A stretch of 64,000 bases of DNA, from assembly GCF_026571515.1 (NCBI RefSeq), contig NW_026861694.1:186001-250000 (forward strand), given 5' to 3'. The first letter of the stretch is position 1. Every line of letters starts with the position of its first letter. The stretch is from Ruditapes philippinarum. Its lineage: Eukaryota. The position numbers and the translations under genes are program-made. Shown one piece after another: positions 27,513 to 41,765 of this stretch. The notes below the pieces were generated by a model, which was not told where the DNA came from, searched no databases, and saw only the letters and a program-made list of their open reading frames with translations.

Positions 27513-28927
27513 ATTAGAAACATGGTTTAAAATATATTGTATAATGTGATAATAACTTTAAATATTTATCATATATGCATGTGAAAGTTATTTTAAACGA
27601 TTTTTCCTCAAATTACATTAAAGTTGTGTCAAATGATCATGAAAAATTGCACTTGCGCATTAACATCATCTAATATCTTCGTAACATGCAATCTACTGAT
27701 TAATTTCAATGTGTTGATTCTCCCTGATATTGATGCATCACTACCGATATCATTAGCAGTGTTGATTTTTGTAATTAAACGGATATAAAACAAATTTGTT
27801 ACCAGATCTCTGAATCAGAATCTTTTGTAATGGCTATCAAAATGCTTTGTTGATAGCAGAGCTATTTGTGTCCTTTATTTTCCTTCCAATACCTTTTATA
27901 TTCTATCGTTATCTTATTCTTATTGGTGCAAAGTTACTTTGCATATATGGAAAACATATTGAATTTATTGAAACCGGTGAATGTAAAATAAAGAAGTTAG
28001 ACTTTGATTTTGGCATTATAATATGCCCGAGGAACGATAAACAATATAACAACTATTATACAAAATGATTTTCCTAATATTATTTAATTTCACTTCTGCA
28101 AAAATGTTCATAATCAGCAGCATACACATATCAGGCAAAAAGAGGCAGTGTAAGCATATTAGGTAGGCAAGTTTGCTAATGTATTTCAGGAAATAGACAC
28201 ACATTATAATAAACATCATCTGTTTGATTTGATACTTATTTAAATGTCAGTGTTGCATGTCATAAAACAGTTGGAATACGTTCGCTGGAGTACATTATAG
28301 ACTTGACTCTTAAACTTTGACAGATTTTCCGTGTGATTATAAACAGCTTCATCACCTTGCATGTATGTGCAGGCTGGCCAGACTTTTTAATGGAAGCATT
28401 GGTAATTCTCTAACGGTTTCAGCAGAATAGGGAGTAACAGGAAATGATACATGTATAAAATATTATATGAATTTCATCCTTAATACATATTCATTAGCTT
28501 TTACTATTCAAATATTTCCTAATAATATCTTTATATTAACAGTGTTATACATCAATTAGCAATAAGCAATAAACCTTGAAAGTAATTTATTCATCACAAA
28601 TCACCTCAGTTTTTATCATGTTTTCTGTTTAATGAAATCATGAGATCAGTCTATAAGGAGAAAACAACAATTGCGTAAATTTCAAGAAAATGCGTACTTG
28701 ATTATGCATGTAAATGTACATTTAGTAAAATGTTTTAAAGTTGAGTACAAACTCCAGTCAAATTTTCTCCGAACACATCAACAAAGCAAACTTTAATAAA
28801 TCAACATGAAGCAATTATAATACAATCAGTCTAGTTTATTTCACGGCCTTTGAATGAGAGTGTGTGTCGATTATCCTTGGTAAGAAGCAACAGTTAATTA
28901 TGCATATACATGTATACGTTCATGAAA

Positions 28928-29124
28928 TACTTCCGCTAAACTTAGCTTGACCTGTGTTGGAATGTACGCTGATTGGTACCGAGTGATTTAGATGCCTTGG
29001 TAATAAGGATGAGTTTCAGTTTATCTGTCAAATATGATGAAGTTTACAGCCAGTGTTGAAGGTCTAACATTAATCATGACAATACATTAGACAGCAATTT
29101 ACCATAATCGACATATTGCAGATA
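28928..29124. other. Conserved non-coding element X, copy 4
   Basis: Gapless alignment to copies 2 and 3. Confidence 0.8.
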
Positions 29125-29882
29125 ACAAGAGCATCGCTTGTTACTAGAGTTTTATTTGCAAGGATGATAGCGTAAGATAATAAGTGTGAGTGTACAAATT
29201 AAGTACTTTGCTTTGGTCGTGTAGATTAACGATCAAGGTTGTTATTAAAACATAATATAGAACAAACATTATTTAAAAGTAAAAATGTAAAACCTTTTAA
29301 TATAATATGTTTTTTTATAAAAATTATCTGATTTCTAAACCAATCACCAATTATATTAACTAAGGACCAATTTAAAATTAATAAAATTTAATAAGATATT
29401 TTTTTACTCAAGTCTTAACATGGCTAATATAATATCATTTACCATGTGGCACTTAACGTGAACAGGGAAATATGTTCATTAAATATCAAATGCTTATTGC
29501 TTCGGCAGACAATTTACTTGAATCCAAATAAAATAGTCCAAATCAGTCCAGTTTTTACAGACATTTAACACACAACCTGAAGATGATTTAGTCACGTATA
29601 GCATTTTTATTAAGAATGTGGACACGTTGTTTTCGTAAGATATGAAATAATTTGTTTCCTTATAATCCACTATGAATATTTACCAAGTTATTACACTGGT
29701 GTCTGCTAATATAGTACATTTCTGATAAAATAAGCTCGATCAGTCCCCTTCAGCTTTATCAGACACCCCACCAATACGTATTAAAACACAATGAAGTGAT
29801 TGGAATATTCTTTACCTCTTTACAGTTTTGAAATATAAGTATCTAACTGATTAACTTTGAATGTAATAGGCATTTAGACATC

Positions 29883-29940
29883 AAATAGATAACCACAGAA
29901 TCCCTAAAGAAAGCCCAACACGGCAAAATTGAAAATGTTG
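29883..29940 (-). mobile_element. Family L, 58-bp terminal-only copy
   Basis: Near-identical to 58073-58130, then stops abruptly. Confidence 0.9.
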
Positions 29941-32900
29941 AAAAGTCTCTCTAACATTTAACTAAAAGCATTCGGGACTATTTGTTATCGATATGACCCT
30001 TAAATTAGCATGTAACTAAGCTCGGCGTAATCTCGAGAGGTTTCTGACAGGTTTTTTCTGGTCAAGAAAAAAACACATATCAAATTGAAAACATGATTTT
30101 AAATAGAAAACCAAAAAAGTGTCTGATATTGTAAAATTTATAAGGCTCGGCACAAAAACAATAAAGGGCGAGGCTATTTTTTCTAAGCTTAGCCAGATTA
30201 ATTTTGTATTATCAGACACTTGTATGGTATTTTATGTATCAAATTCTTGTAATTATTTGTCATTTACATCTTTTTTTTTAATTTTATTTGTTTATACTGT
30301 ATAAGTATTAAATTTGAAAAAGATGTAGGATGATTTTATGTACATTTATCATTTATTATAACGCCCCTCCTTGTCCCGCCCATGAAACCGCTTATGAGTT
30401 TTGTTAGGTGCCCTTCAGTAAGTCTCTTGTAGAAGGATAATGACGCGATTGCATTCCTGCATATTGCTCTGCTTGTTCTCATATTCTTAATAAGAAAACG
30501 TGAAGATACTTGAGTTGTACAAAATAGAAAATAAACTATATGTATGAACATCATAGCTGCACACACTTGAATGATGCAATATTTAAGTATGTGTCGAAAT
30601 TGTCTCCGTACATTTGCAAAGCAAACAATAATTGTATTCACTTATGTAGAGTGTATCAATGTATAATGATATAAATGTTTTGTATGTTTGTTTGTTGTTT
30701 TTGATGTTTTTGTTTTGTTTGATCATGTGTGCAATAATAATCATAAAGTAATTGGTTTTGAAGCTATTTTAGGAATCAAACTTAGAGTTGGAGGTAGACG
30801 ATACTACAGAGTGGCACTTCAGTTTTAACCTTTATCATATGGCGGGATCAGCACAATTTAATTATGATGATTTAGAATCAAATATTAAAATGCATTTTGA
30901 AATATGGTATGTTTTCTACTGATTTTCTAAATAACTGAAGGTTTTAATTATGGCTTAGGTTGTTACCGACATGTTATCATTCGCCAAATAATATTGATAT
31001 AATCTCACTTATATACTCAGGTCGTATGTCATTATTGGCATTGTTTACATTTTACATGTACCGATAAACGCTTCTTGTGTTTATTTTGGGGACTGACAAC
31101 TATAAATTATGTCAGAATTATAAAGAGAAATGGTTTATTTCATTAATTGTTTACATATTTTCTTATAATCAGCGTACATTTAGCAAGAAAGTTGCATTTA
31201 TTGTAATTTTACTCGATACACTTTGACAGGTGTTGTTGTTGTTCTCTGATGCATTATGGGTTGTGTGACTTCCGTTGTCAATAGCAATTGCTGCCTAAAC
31301 TCAGTAAACAAACTGTTTCAAAGTTATGTATCATTAAAAGCAACAAACTTATAGTCAATCCATGGTACTAGTCATTTTTATAAATATTATATGTATCAAT
31401 TTATCGTATTTTTACGTAAACTTTCATAGAACTTTAGCTAAGAATTGTTGATGTTCGGACGTTCGGTTGGTTGACAGCGTTCTTTGTGTATGGAAATGAT
31501 CGTTTCCGAACGTCAAATGATCAGTTTTCGAACGTCGAACATTGTCCACCAAAACGTACAGTTGAACATTTTTCGAACCTTTTTATGTTCGTTTTCTCAG
31601 ATTTGGTATAAATAGGCCAGAAAATGATCAACTTCAGTCAGTTTTCATTTAACTTTCAGTTAGTCTACATTATTGTCGTGTTCTTCTGAACGGCAGATTT
31701 TACTTATTTTTAAGGCAAAATAAAACATAGTCTTTAGATTATTATTTTACATTTAATCAATTATTGTCTAAGAATAATTGATAAGAACTTTATAATTTTT
31801 GTTTCACATTATTACGGTCACTGACTCGACCAAACTTTATATTTACGTTGTCATATTTTTGAACAGAAATTAAACGGCAGTCGCGGTAATAATTTTATGT
31901 GAAGTCTATGTAAGACATAGCTATCGGATATTTAAGACTAAATTATATACATGTGTTGATGTTATTAACAATACTGTTATTTAAATATTTGACAATTGAA
32001 TTTATTAACAGTTTAACACTAATTAAAATTAGTAAACTGTGAACAGTCTTTCTTCTTTGTGACTCAATTTTAATCTTAAGCTGGCGTACCTCCAGAAGTA
32101 AGGAAATGTTATCAAGTACTGTGGAGTACAGTGTCCTAGCCATACAGAGTCATACAGAGTAGCCCACTATTGACATATGTCGTAATAGCATATTTCAGCC
32201 AAATAGATCTATATAGACTTTGACAGTCATCCGAATCAAGTATCAACAGTCCCCCTAACCCTAACAATTCTATTTTATATAGAACATTGTTATATTTGTG
32301 ATCGTTTCATCGTTCGTAAATACAATATCGTTCTCTACAGTCCAGTCCGATTATTGGTCACCAAGTCTTGAGCACGTTACCACATATTTAAGAAGATTAA
32401 AGGGCCTGGTACCATATAGCTGGACCGTAGCGTAACAATATTACAATCAAATTAACACTAACATAAGTAAATTACCTGTTTGTTTTGAAATATACCAACG
32501 CAATTATAAAATCAAAGAATACTGTTTAACATATATTTATAAAATAATTCTCCAAGGTTTTAATTGCCTTTATTTTAAACGATTTCTGGATGATTTCATT
32601 TATTAAGTGATGTTTCTGTTAATGATGGTTTTAATTGAATGATTTACATAAAATGTATATTAGGGTATATTTGTCTAAATAATGAAGTTGGGAATTCAGT
32701 TTGCCAATAAGTTTAATTCCTTAAATTCGGTAACAAAAATTTATTTTTATAATCAGTTGCATATTTCAGGTTATATACAGGTATGCACTGAATCACAAAT
32801 GTTACTTGGTTCACTTGTCATTTATCACCAAATATGACCTTTAACAATGATAAAATGGTTTTCGAGAATGTACTGAATGACTTATTTATTATTCTAACAT

Positions 32901-35227
32901 GCTTCACACGATTCCTGTATCAAACAGATGGAGCCATCAAGTGCAATATTACACGATATATGCACAGCATAAAAAAGGAATGCTTACACGCCATAAGACT
33001 TCAAATATTTCGTTAATAAACCAAAGAACGTCAGTGAAAACTATTTCTACGCTCATTGTATGTATTCAACATAATCACTTTTATCAATTCATTTTTATAA
33101 GCATGTTAGAATTGAAATAGATATCAATTTGACTTGCAATATAGTATGATATTACACGGTTTATCTTTTTAATGCTTTATAATAAATCACTCAGTCCTAT
33201 CAGCCTTCGCGAATATATACCTAGTACGCATTTAAACACAATCTGTGCATTATTCTGAAATCTATTTCCTTAAAAGCAACATGTACAAAAAGTTCTAACT
33301 GCTCCTAAATGCGCGATTGACTTATACATTTGCTGGCATATAATATGTAGTGCAAAAAGGGCTTTTACATCATAAACGTAAATGATAATCATTAAGGTTA
33401 ATCATTAATGCCGCATAAATTTAATCTTGAAAACCGAAATACAATTTGATATTGTTGGAAGTAAAGTAACATTAATCACGAGGGGAGATCAACATGGTGT
33501 TAACCTGGTAAGTACGTCATCCTTCCAACATCAATAAGTGCAGCGTAAGAGAATCGTGTTTATTTTGACAAGCTTAAGTAGCTTTGATTGAAATACCATT
33601 GCAGATTGCAGTTATAGATTACTTTTCAAAACATCGTTGCAGGTAATGGATAGGAAAATAGGTATAAAAACACGCTGAAGAGTACTTGATAGAAAATACA
33701 GAACTGATGATACAGCATCAATTTAGGTACTTGCGTATCGCAATTCAAATTTGCTTAAACTTTTAGTTATTTACCCGATCCAGAAAAGTAAGTTTTGAAA
33801 ACCTACGCGCCGGCCGAATCCGACCGACAGGAAGATAAAGCAACACAACGCGGTACCAGTGATGGAATAATCAGACACTGCCAATAAAGCCGTCGTTTTG
33901 TCCGGCATTACGAATGTTTTCCAACACATTTTTAGTCCCAATCAAAGTTGTTGACATTTAATTTTTCAATTGCCATCAATTCTCGTTATTTTTTTTCCTC
34001 GAGATGTTTTCTTTCTTATGTGTTTTGATTTTCCGGGATAGTTTGTTTAAATATCTTTTAATGAATAAGGCAACATGTTGATATGCATATGGGTTATACA
34101 AACGGCATAAAATTTCAGTTCTATTGATTGTTCAGTCAACCAGATTTTATGTATACATCTTGAAATGAATTTTGATATCAATTGGTTTCTTTAAGATATA
34201 TTATGCTTAAATTTGATATGTTTTAAAATCTATACACTACAGGTAATGGCAGTATGAATACATAGTGACATTAAAAAACTGGAAAGTTTTTATGAGAATA
34301 GACCAAACTTGACAAGATATAGGGTATGCATCTTCCCAAAAATAGTTTATACATTTACTTATTCAAATTAGACGTTATTCAGGGGGTGAATTTAGTAGAT
34401 TCCAATACATTTCTGCAATTAAAGTATTTTAGTAAAAGATGGGCTAGTATTTCTTTAAAACGACATAAAATTAAGCATATTATGTATAACATTAAGTGTT
34501 AACATTACCTTAGGTCATATTATTACTCCTTTAACATAAATTATATACGCATATACCATACAAATTGATAAACATTTCAAACAACACAGTAATTTAAAAG
34601 CAAAATAAGCAGTAAATTATTAACTTATTGTATCTACTCATCGATTAATTTATTCATTATCCAGATACTAATTAAATTTCTAATTACCAAATTTCTTCAG
34701 AGATCTATATTTGGTTACATTGTCAAACAATTACGTTCAAATGGCTATTTAATAATATAAATGATTAAATATTATTTAATGGCAAGTAGTTATACTCTAC
34801 AGTGTCTGCGTTTGTTCAATAGTATTTAGTCATTTCTGAATTAGCTAAGATGTTAAGGTAAATAGATAAATCATTTCTAAGTAATATACTAAACCCCAAA
34901 AGCACCTAATAATTCTTTTAACCAAACGTAACCGATTGACGCGATAAGGAATTAATATATCACTTCGTCTTTCAAACTAAAAAAAGACAAACGAGGGTCA
35001 AATGAAAATGATCAAATTGTCCGCAGCTTGCTATCAGAACAATCTTACGTTATTTTTGTTGATTTTTCCTACTGTTTGTTTAGGTGTTGTAATATTTTGT
35101 TACAATAATTATTGTTTGCAAAATTGTAACTTCCTTAGATTTCATAAATGTGTAAGAATTAGATCTAGGCATTTAAATTAATCAAATTGTATTGCCTTTT
35201 TGTTTCTATACAAAACATATACAAAAA

Positions 35228-35453
35228 TCTGGAAACAAAGTGATCCTTCGGAAGCATTAATCACAACAAAATTACATGATCATTGCAGACTCGGTTTGAT
35301 TGAGTCTGTACATAAGGGATTATAATGAATAAGTGCAGCATCTCTCCCGTCCCCTAGCATCGGCTTGAGCAGTACTCAATTCTCAATACTTAACAGTGCT
35401 GACATCAATGATCCCGAAGGACCAGAAAAATGAAAAATATAACAACACTGAAG
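35228..35453 (-). mobile_element. Family S copy
   Basis: Collinear with 12738-12934. Confidence 0.85.
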
Positions 35454-36459
35454 AACAAAGTCACATGCAAACATAAGGAAAAACATTATCGAATAAATTC
35501 ACAGTCTTTACATGGATGCTGTAGTTGTTAATAAAAGGCAAAAGGGTCGGACAACAAGTTGTAACAACAAAAGAGGTTTGGCTACGTGTGACAACTGATC
35601 GCGAACATTTACTCTGTTGGATTTATTCACCGCTGATTTAAGTATCATGAGGAATAAGTAGGCATTCACTTGCGGAGAAATTAGATATTATAGCTATGAT
35701 ATCGAGGAAGACCGGTTTGTTGATGCAAAAACCTTGATAAAGGCCAAGAAACGCGTTAAAACTAAGTAAACGTAAACACAGAAATGAAGTCTGGAATTTA
35801 GAAGTTAGCTTATCTTAATGCTCACATCTCTCTATATTATTAGATTTATCAGGGGTTTATTAATTTCAATCGTATGCGATATAAGATAATGTTTCACGCC
35901 ATATTTAGTCAGACAAAAGTGGAACAGAAAAATTACTTAACTGGGATCGTAATTTAGTTAACCGGTTAGTAACATTTCATTTAAATGTCTATCAGTACTT
36001 GTAATAACCACAAGGGCGTAACCAGGTCCACGGTTTATTTAGTTTTTTTACATGTGTCTTTGTTTACCAACAAAGCGCTTTGAAAATGAGAATAAATTTT
36101 CAGCAATATTGCTTTTCTTCCGCCGAATCCTTTCATTTGGTTGTGTAAAATATGCATACATAATAATTATATTAAATAGACAATATATTTTTTACAGAAT
36201 AAAATATTTCAAGGAACGACCATAAAGTCATGAAAACAACGTTCTTTTTTATGAAGATAATTTCATTAGATATAACTTTATAAACTTATAAAGACTTGAA
36301 ACAAGAAAGAATCGTGTTTACATGTATCATGAGCAAATTTAAATCAAACAGAAAGACACATATTTATTTTTAAAAATATAGTTAATTTTTACAGTGATTT
36401 TATTTATTATGTTATGGTTACAAATATTTGTACAATATATTTTTTCTTTCTGCTTAATT

Positions 36460-37018
36460 TACTCTAGCCCAGTATTAACTCTGTTACTAAATATAGGTTG
36501 AGAAATATTATTCAATTATATGCTAACTTTATCCAGCCTTTACTTATGGTATTCTGTCAGACGGAATATCTCTTAGAAACAATCATTCGTTATTTAATTG
36601 CTCGATATCGTTTGATTGAATTATCATGAGTTCTATGACTTTAAGATTTGACGTGAGATATCTTAATAAATAATAAACTAGGTCAGCGAATCAGGCTAAT
36701 ATATAATGTAATTTAATCAATCTTGTGTTCGTTTATTCTTATCTTAAGTAAAAGCAATTATTTCAGAGTATGACATTTTTCTTTCTGTACGTGTTTCATA
36801 ACTTAGATTCTTCTTCTAAATACTTCAGTTTTCTTTAAGGAAACCGAATTGAAAAATTTCAGTTCCGTACAAATGTGAGATGATATAAAAATGTCAAGAT
36901 TATTATTACGTTCGAGGGTCGTCCTTATCAAACGGTAAATTTAAATACGTCAAGAAATTATTTTCTTAAATCATTAAACCATTTTATTCAATATATTATT
37001 ATTATTATAATTATTATT

Positions 37019-37074
<56 letters not shown>

Positions 37075-40000
37075 TCGTTTAGTCTTCTTGATTATTACTT
37101 TTTTTATTAACTAAAAGTATGTAAACGATTATGACCATTGTCTGAACGCATTTTTAATTTTTTAACTATTTCTTCGATTTTGATTATTATTTTGGCGGTC
37201 TATCCGCCTAAGCGGCTCCCATTAATAACTTACAAGTTAATAAATACTTTTCATTTAGCGCGAAATTACTCTAAATGCATTTTTGTTTCTATTAAGAATA
37301 AAAACATCTTTTTGCAAGAATGACATTGGTAATTTATCGACACTAGGGAAATTGTTGCAGTGTTAAAGTGCTATTCGTTTATATGTTTCATTGCAATGGA
37401 TTCACAAAATGAAAATAGAGATTCCAAGCATTGGTTTTTGCTTTCATTTTCAAAAAATCGATTCAATTCTTTAAAAAGGCATTTAACTTATATTGAAGGT
37501 GATGTGTCCCACCATGTATAAAATACATTTTCCTTGAAACAATTACGACTAAGTATATGGTTTTGATCCTATGTTCCTGTATACATTCAGTTGCCAACGG
37601 AGGGCCATAGTTTAGACAGTTTATTAGTATTCAAGTAAACAACAGATTGAAACATATAGGCCTACTCTTATGTTTTTATACATTTTTCTTTGGATTAGAC
37701 GGGAATTGTAACCTTCTTTATCATTTTATTAATATTACTTTTATCTGATTAGAAATGCGAGACATTGTTTTGAAGATATTCTCTTATTATTATATAAAGG
37801 AAACAAATCTACACAAGAACGTATGACTTTAAAACGGCGTCACAAATATTAATCTTCAGTCTGAATTACGAGTGTTTTAGATCTATCAAGATTTCTGAAA
37901 TCTTAAAATTGTCGTAAATACTTCATTTAGCAGTGATAAGACAAAACAACATACAAAAGATCTTTCAATATATTGTTTTCTGATGTAAAAGCTCTCAGCT
38001 CTAATTTAATTACTTCTCCTATGTCTGTTGAACCGGAAACTACAAATGGAAATATTTGTCTAGAGTGATATATCGTGCATACAAAATTACTTTCAGGAGT
38101 GACTTCCACTAATTTTGTTTTTACTGTGAGCTATACATGTATATGCTTGTGTTTTTGTTTACTTAACCGAATTGAAATTTGTAGACTATCTGCGCTCACA
38201 AAATACGACTCCTAAAATGTTGGCATTTTTCGTAAAATATGTACATTTTTTTCAAATGTACCTTGCTACAAATAGCATTATTGAATGGAATTTCGGTCTC
38301 AATTTGTCTATGACTTCACATCAAGTCCATGAAAATGAGGAAAAACAATCAAATCATCTGTTATGGCGATACAACAGCGCATTACGGTTATGACTGTAAA
38401 AGAAATCACAGAAATCATTTTTTCACTTGTAATTCATTTTTTGAGCAACATTTCTATTTTTTTTTGTTGTATGGAACAATTGTCACGTATTCATATACTC
38501 GATTTTGATTTGTTGATTTTAAAGGTTCATTTAGCTCAAAGGGATATTTATAAAACAATTAAGAATCATAAAGCTTTAATGATTTTTATTCTTGGTGTCA
38601 TATTTCAATTTCAAAACTGTTGCTCTTTGGCCATAAAGCTAAATGATCTTATGACTATTTTGCGATTTTGAACTAAGTACAATAAAAGTGATTTGATAGT
38701 TATATTTGAAAGTTAAAATATCATTTTGTTTACATTTTACTACCTTCATTAAAACATTTTTACATCTGACATTTTTTTCTTCAGATTATGCTTCAGATTA
38801 TTCAGAAATAAAAAAGGTTTGATGTGTCTTATAAATTATTATTATAATTATACATATGAAAGGTGTCCAATTTTAATATTTCAAATTTGCAATTACAAAC
38901 ACTAACATCGTGTAGATATTTAGAAAGACTTAGTACGGAATAATTATAATCAAATTTGAATTTCAAGGCAAATCTGTAAATCGTGACCTCGGATAATTGT
39001 TAAATATATTGTACAGGAAAAATGTTCCGTTCCATATACATGTGTATGAGTTACTCAAACATAGACCAGCGGACCTTTTCTCACTCAACAAGTCTAAGAT
39101 TAGAAATTAGGCTAAATTGTCTATCAAACACATTAACCTTAGCAAGACACATATTTCTTAAACATCGAATGTGTCTTAAAAAGATATTAAGGCATAATGT
39201 TCCCGGTTTCTGCTATAGCTATTTTATGTTAAAGTGCTGTTTCTATTCGATCACTGTTACTAATGTCTGCCAAAACGGAAGGTGTGGCTATATATGTGAA
39301 CGAACGATGCAACAGATAGAATATATAATGCTTGTCTCGAATGTAATGTGAGATGTACCTGTTAAATGTTATATAATATATGCAATATATCATTATTTCA
39401 TTTGAACTGTCGTATTGACAGATTGCGTTTTTTCCTTGAAATTTCAGAAAGATTCTCAAATGATAACCATACACATCTTTAGTCCAATAAATTTTAATTG
39501 TTTAATACATACACTTAGGAGTCTTTTAGGGCGAAACAGCATCGCATAAAGTTTTTTCAATTATAATTGTATAAACTCTTGCAAAGTAGTATTTTCTTGT
39601 TATAATGCAAAAAGGTTAATAACCATATTCGTTAGCAGAAACATATACTTTTCACATATTTCACACATTTTTGTTGTTATTGCAAAACATTCATTGACAA
39701 TAACATTCATTTCACCCATTTTTTCATTCACGAATGGGTGATATTTAATGTAGCAGATTGGTCAGATGGTATTTATAAAATAACTTACAGTCGCATTGCT
39801 TAATCTATAACAGATAATTCAGTGCAAATCTCTCTTGCAATCAATTCACCACATAAAGTCAATTATTTAATCTGTCTTTCCATAAATCATTGATCATTGA
39901 ACTAAACCGGTAAAAAATACATCAAGTGTGGATAAAAAAGCTTTTTACAACTGGTATGCAATTGTAAGAATAGGATATCTAAGATGTAACATTAATTGGG

Positions 40001-40090
40001 GTTTTATCAAACATTTAATTACTGTCTAGACACACAATCCCCCAGAGGAAAATTGTTAGGTCATCAATTGGTTTGAGCAATTGGCAAACT
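36460..40090 (+). repeat. Segment duplicated in direct orientation at ~51845-59530 (the latter expanded by insertions)
   Basis: Blocks 36490-36920/51850-52280, 37730-38170/53075-53500, 39080-39340/54300-54480, 40000-40090/59405-59495. Confidence 0.85.
36993..37074. repeat. (ATT)n(ATTT)n microsatellite
   Basis: Read directly from the sequence. Confidence 0.95.
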
Positions 40091-40448
40091 TTCTATTCGG
40101 TTTGTGTAAAACAACATTGAACACCAAACGATATTTAAACTGAGTTGTTCATAAAACATAACATGTATAAGTAAAAACATAACATTTTCTGATGTGTTTT
40201 AAGTTTATTAAAACGTTCTCAAAACTGCTTTACTCCATTTACTATCAACAGTAGTTTGGAACAAACATGGTAATAAATAGTAATGGAAATCAAACGTATT
40301 GACTCTTCTGCCTTTAAGTTATATTGTGTTTTAAAGTACAACAAACAGAAATCAAAACATATGCTTTGACTAATCAAATTATTCGAATCAATTTGAAACA
40401 ATTATCGTGAGGAGTCACATTTAGAAGCCGGAAAATCGTTTTGTTTAG

Positions 40449-40734
40449 AGTTACATCGACACTGTCCAAACTTTATAGCGACATTTTGGCTTTCCTGTCG
40501 AAAGAACTGACACCTTATGAGAACTACAATCCCTTTGTAACCTTACTGTGTAGATAAACTGCAAGTAGAAATTCAAAGGAATTATACAAAAAGCGTAGAG
40601 AGGCCAGTAATTTACAGTCGGCGACCTTAGCTACTTGTACAGAACATGGATACCGCACCGAAAGATCAAATCAATATAAAAAGCGCCTATTAATATTGGA
40701 AAACATCGGGATGAATAAAATAATCAATTCATAG
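40449..40734 (+). pseudogene. Possible decayed death-fold domain exon
   Basis: After tttgtttAG the frame reads VTSTLSKLYSDILAFLSKELTPYENYNPFVTLLCR*TASRNSKELYKKRREASNLQSATLATCTEHGYRTERSNQYKKRLLILENIGMNKIINS*. One internal stop; helical pattern resembles death domains. Confidence 0.3.
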
Positions 40735-40957
40735 ACTTATTGATGTAGAACTCTTGAATTACCTATTGACAACAAGACATTGGAAAAGAAAGAATGTAGA
40801 ATCAAATTCATGAATCAAACATGATATTTGATTGCCAAAAAACGAAACATATACATACATGTAAAAAACGTAACAATACAACAGTATCAGTCGGTATATA
40901 CACAGCAAAGAATACGAAAGCACAAAATAATAATGTTAACTTTACTTAACGTTGTGC

Positions 40958-41765
40958 CAAATCGTATCCGCATTGGAATCAGACAAACGGTGTTTAAACG
41001 GTTGGCTCAGGAAAATGGTGTTTTTATACAATTTATATACAGAAACGACCATTCCATGCGGTAATGTTCCTGACATATTTCTTGGGTTTGAAATTTGGGC
41101 TTTGTATTCTGCAAGAAAGACCCTCCAATGTTGTATAAATTTGCATTGGAATCAGACAAACGTTGTTTAAATGATTGGCTCTGGGAAATTGTGTATTTTC
41201 GAAAATTTATACCATCTACATACAGAAAGAACAAGTCGACGGTCCAAAAACGACCATGCCATGCAGAAATGTCCTATTTCTTCGGAAAGCTTGGGTTAGG
41301 CTTTGGGCCTTATCTTGTGCACAGAAGACTCTCTAAACGTGTACAAAATCGAACCTGCATTGAAATAAGACAAATGGTGTTTAAACGGTTGGTTAAGGAA
41401 AATGGTTTTTTTTATATACAATTCATTTACAGAAAGAACAAATGGCCGGATGAAAACGACCATGCCACGCGGATATCTCCTGGACATATTACTTGGGCAG
41501 AGCTTTGGGTCTTATTTCATGCACAGAAGACCCTCCTTACTTGCACAAAATCGAATCCGCATTGGAATCAGGCAAATGGTGTTTAAACGGTTGGCTCAGG
41601 AAAATGGTGTTTTTTATACAATTTATATAGTACAGAAAGAACAAATCGCCGGAACGTAAAACGACCATGCCACGCGGAAATCTCCTGGACATAATACTTG
41701 GGTAAGAGCAGCTTTGGGTCTTATTTTGTGCATTGAAGACCCTCCAAGCTTATTCAAAATCGATT
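40958..41765. repeat. Diverged tandem repeat, ~200-bp unit, 4 copies
   Basis: gcattg(g)aa motif at 40970, 41143, 41357 and 41559. Confidence 0.9.

Larger units (their letters stand above)
19400..27850. repeat. Segment duplicated in inverted orientation at ~42040-50600
   Basis: Inverted blocks: 19600-19790/50380-50520, 23000/47420, 23280/47150, 23900/46300-46430, 24780-24900/45375-45510, 25267/43722, 25950/43090-43160, 27572-27812/42077-42350. Confidence 0.85.

Noticed and set aside
32253-32265. Telomeric repeat ccctaaccctaac
   Set aside because: Only two units; not significant.
35660-35770. Coding-looking stretch AFTCGEIRYYSYDIEEDRFVDAK
   Set aside because: Too short, with no splice support or recognisable family.
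41095-41586. Longest ORF (163 aa) as a protein
   Set aside because: It lies within a tandem repeat whose units change frame, and I recognise no domain.
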